Position numbers and translations under genes: made by a program. From assembly GCA_965645245.1 (NCBI GenBank), contig OZ287083.1:1860001-1896811 (forward strand): a DNA stretch of 36,811 nucleotides. The letters run 5' to 3'. Shown here piece by piece: positions 33,395 through 36,811 of the stretch (positions within the stretch are counted from its first letter, which is position 1; each line of letters starts with the position of its first letter). Source of the stretch: Massalongia carnosa. Taxonomy: Eukaryota. The notes under the pieces were generated by a model that was not told the origin of the DNA, did no database searches, and saw nothing but the letters and a program-made list of their open reading frames with translations.

Positions 33395-35357
33395 ATGAGC
33401 GCCCGTTTTGTCTATCTGCCGGAATGGCGGGTGCTGGTGTGCGAAGCGTGAGGCTTTGGCCTCCGTCCCGGTCGCGGCGTTTGGGTTCGGCACCTGAGGC
33501 AAGCACCGCATTGCTTGAAGGGCCCCGAGCTCCGGGCCCAGGTCGAGCTGTTCGAGAGCTACGACCTCTGCGCGCCGGAGCCGTAGCTCGCGCAGCTGCC
33601 GGCCCACGCGATCCCCGGATTACGGCTCCTCGATGGTTTCCAGTGCTTGACCTGCGCGGCTGGTCTTACCCAAAGCCTCCAAGCTATCTGTTGCGGAGGC
33701 TACGGATCATAGGGGTGGAAGTAGGAAACAACAGCAACAAGCACGTGCGATGATCAAGCTGATCCAATGGCAGGCTACTAATGATTGATTGAAAATGACT
33801 GAGGCTATCTACGGGGGCATATAGCCCATTATATACCGCTGCCTGCCTTGAGCACGATTCTCCCACTTTCTATGTGATCGGTCAGTCAAATGCTGATATG
33901 TAAGCTCGTCTTTGTCGGAGTTCCAAAGCTGACATATTTGCCTCATTATCAATCCACTGTAGAATGTTCGAATGTCTCCTAGAATATCAGACGCGGGATG
34001 TTGATGATAAATCCCAAGGTGGCCAATCTAAATACTTCCAATAGCTAGTGCGCATTGGGGTTAGTGCCATTTTCTATAAGCAGACATCTCGGCTATCCTC
34101 AACACTATCGAACGGCACGTGTCAAAAGCCCACCAGCTCAAGCCTGCATGGCATCAGAAGAACCCCCTCTGGCGGTCGAGCAAACTCCAGACTTTCTTTG
34201 CCGAGAATCGCTTAGTTTGGTATGTTGTGGTAGAGGATGAGGGAAGAGCAGAGGCGCCAGGGAGCTCCGGATACAGGAGCGCCGATAGCTTGGGTTCAGG
34301 GGACGAAGACTTCTTTAAGCTGCTCGACCAGGACGCCGCTGTTGTAGAGGAGGATGCTAAGGCAGAGGCCAACATTGTTCATGGCTTCGATGGCCACCGA
34401 TCCGCTGTGGTGCCGTGGCTGAGACGGACGGGCATCGAGGAGCACACGCGGGGCTTAAAGAAGGACGAGATGGACGCCTCTTTTGCAGTACCGAAGGCTG
34501 CCGAGAGCGAGCCCGAGCTGTTCCTGATGCTAGAGGTGATGGACGAGATCTTTATAGAGGCGCACAGCTGGTGCTTCGATGGCCCCGACTGCATGCTGAC
34601 CTGGCCACGGCAGCTGGCGTTGAGCCGCTTCCATACTGCCGCTGCCCCAGGGCAGAAGACGCGCGCGTTCGACCCGAAGAAGGAGCCTAATACGCTCAAG
34701 ACCAACTTCGGCTACTGGAAGCAGTTCTTGACCTACAGCTACCGGGTGGCCCACAGGAGCAACCACTTCACCGCGGCCGACAGCGACCAGCGGACCCCCG
34801 AGAGCCATATCCAGCTCACGTGTGCTCAGGAGAAAGCGCGGGAAGTGGCTTTCCAAAGTGCCGTCGATCAAGACGGGCCTGCGCTGAGAAAGGCCATGTC
34901 GGTGCTCTCAATAGCGCTGATCTGCCACGAATTTGGAGGCAATCGGTACAGCTCCTCACTGCTCAGCTTCTGCGCCATGCTCAGCGTCAAGCCACACACC
35001 AAGACTTGGAAGGAGCCGGGCAATTACAATAGCTGCTTGTCTGGCGTAATCTGGATTGTGCAGCTAGTCATCTTCCACGCCAGCGCCTGTCTGGAGAAGG
35101 CGGAGCTAGGTGATACACTAAAGCGCATTGAGCAGTATTGCGGGCAGTTCTTGAAGCAGGACACCGAGACTCGTATGGGCGAGATCCTCGGCTGGCGCTT
35201 GCTGCTGTTTACTGTCTCGAAAGAGGTTGTTGGGCCGCACCAAGCACAGTGGGATGTGGCCGAGAAGGTCCTGACCTACCAAGACGTTGATTTGCATATG
35301 GATCACGTGCCGCGGCTCTTACTCTCCGAGTTCCAGCAAGCCCAGCACCTACTCTAG
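33395..35357 (+). pseudogene. DUF3505-type (C2H2-like) protein resembling the N-terminal part of fungal telomere-linked RecQ helicase genes; LTR-interrupted and 3'-truncated
   Basis: MSARFVYLPEWRVLVCEA*GFGLRP..HLRQAPH, IPGLRLLDGFQCLTC..ERHVSKAH, LQTFF, PWLRRTG, YSSSLLSFCAMLSV, YNSCLSGVIW. No helicase domain in the window. GC-richer than its neighbours. Confidence 0.65.
33689..34104. mobile_element. Solo LTR (416 bp) in the DUF3505-like gene
   Basis: TGTTG...CAACA termini, perfect TSD CTATC (33684-33688, 34105-34109); removal restores QAIERHVSKAH. Confidence 0.92.
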
Positions 35358-35500
35358 GGTTAGGGTTAGGGTTAGGGTTAGGGTTAGGGTTAGGGTTAGG
35401 GTTAGGGTTAGGGTTAGGGTTAGGGTTAGGGTTAGGGTTAGGGTTAGGGTTAGGGTTAGGGTTAGGGTTAGGGTTAGGGTTAGGGTTAGGGTTAGGGTTA
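35355..35500 (+). repeat. Interstitial telomeric tract TAGGG(TTAGGG)23TTA
   Basis: 146 bp of perfect TTAGGG repeats, G-rich strand on +. Confidence 0.99.
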
Positions 35501-36811
35501 TGGGCGATCTGGCCAATCCTCGAGTCGTCAATCCCATGATCAAACCTCGAGACATCTACAATCTCAAGGCTCAACTTCGTCGCGAGGCTTTGGGACCGTT
35601 GACTCCCATACAGGCATTGATTCGAGAGCTTGATCAGAGCGACGATTGGTTGTATCAAATGCAAAAGAATGAGGAGGATCGCAATCAGATAACTCATTTA
35701 TTCTTTGTAAAAGGAAGTTCCCGAACTTTTTTAAAGTCCAACTATGAGGTTCTGATCATGGATTGCACTTATAAAACCAATCGCTACAAATGCCTCTTCT
35801 GATCATCAGCGGTCAAACCGCATTGCATACCATTTTCTATGTGGCTTTTTGCTTCATGGCCAGTGAGACAAAATTTGACTACACCTGGGTTTTGAGGCAA
35901 GTCAAAGCTCTATATTTGCAAATGGAGCTTCCAGATCCGACCGTCATTGTCACCGACATGGAAAGAAGTCTGATGCTTGCTCTTCGTGCGCAATTTCCTC
36001 GTACCAATCATCTGCTTTGCATTTGGCATATCAATAAGAATGTCGTCGCCAATTGCAAAAGACAATTCAGCAAGGAAGAAGAATATCTAGCTACCACCTA
36101 CATTACTCATGTTCAGCATTTCGTAAGATGCTTTACCAATCGAGTACTGCATTTTGACACCACCACTACTTCTCGAGGTGAGGGAGGGCATGCAGTGATC
36201 AAACGTCAATTAGGAACGTCGACCGGAGATCTGAAAACGGTGGTGGACGGAATCAGTCTTTATTGATGAACGAGTATCATAACTATTGGATCAAATTGAA
36301 TGAGGACAAAACGCGATATCTGCTAGATCTTCGGAAATCAATTTTTCAGCAAATATCTCCATTCATCAGTACTAAGGCAATCAGAAGAATTAATTCTCAG
36401 TACGATTTACTGACCGGGAGACCGACGGCTCTGCCAGCATGTACGAATTCTTTTACAACCAGCACCGGACTGCCTTGCAGTCATAGAATTCAGGAAAGAT
36501 TGTATGGCGAAGGAAGTTTATTGCTGGAAGACGTTCATCCACATTGGAGATTTGAAAGAAACGCTCCCGCCAATGATTTCAATCTGCTGATAGTGGAAGA
36601 ACCAGACATTATTCGACCTCATGGACGACCTTCGGGAGCGGAAAACAGAAGAACTCAAGCTTTCAATGCCTCTACGGGTCGACAACCTTCTCAATTCGAG
36701 CGAGTTATTATGGAGACGGCAGAAGATGAAGAGGTGCCAGCGGATGTGGAACGGGTCATTCGTCGGGCGGATCCAGCCCCGAAAAGGGCGCGAGGCAGAA
36801 GAGCTCGAGCT
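35501..36811 (+). pseudogene. Mutator-like (MULE) transposase, 5'-truncated, frameshifted, internally deleted
   Basis: RDIYN, LIMDCTYKTNRY.MPLL, VIVTDME, HLLCIWHINKNV, TTSRGEGGH, C..FT.STGLPCSH (SWIM-like). Confidence 0.92.

Noticed and set aside
33395..35357. Starship captain (DUF3435 tyrosine recombinase) or a confirmed RecQ helicase
   Set aside because: No DUF3435 catalytic or helicase motifs are visible; only the DUF3505-like N-terminal resemblance can be supported.
35209..35697. (NP)n and (LT)n repeat proteins
   Set aside because: These are just translations of the CCCTAA strand of the telomere tract.

Overview
Fungal (probably ascomycete) transposon nest with no intact cellular gene. 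Left to right: (1) a minus-strand DIRS/Ngaro-type tyrosine-recombinase retrotransposon with a triplicated RNase H segment, split by an internally deleted Helitron (2321-6125) that itself carries a solo LTR; (2) a decayed Ty1/copia element split by a truncated Ty3/gypsy element; (3) a second gypsy chromovirus split by a second Helitron copy of the same family (17049-19446) and by a solo LTR; (4) a nearly intact plus-strand chromovirus (24964-31553); (5) the 5' part of a second copia element; (6) a DUF3505/telomere-linked-helicase-like pseudogene, interrupted by a solo LTR and cut off exactly by a perfect 146-bp (TTAGGG)n tract, which is followed by a 5'-truncated Mutator-like (MULE) transposase. 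Most notable: the apparent telomere-healed break now lying internally, Helitrons with TC...CTCG ends, and Tf1-type self-priming structures in two gypsy elements. Family assignments come from motif recognition by eye, not database searches.
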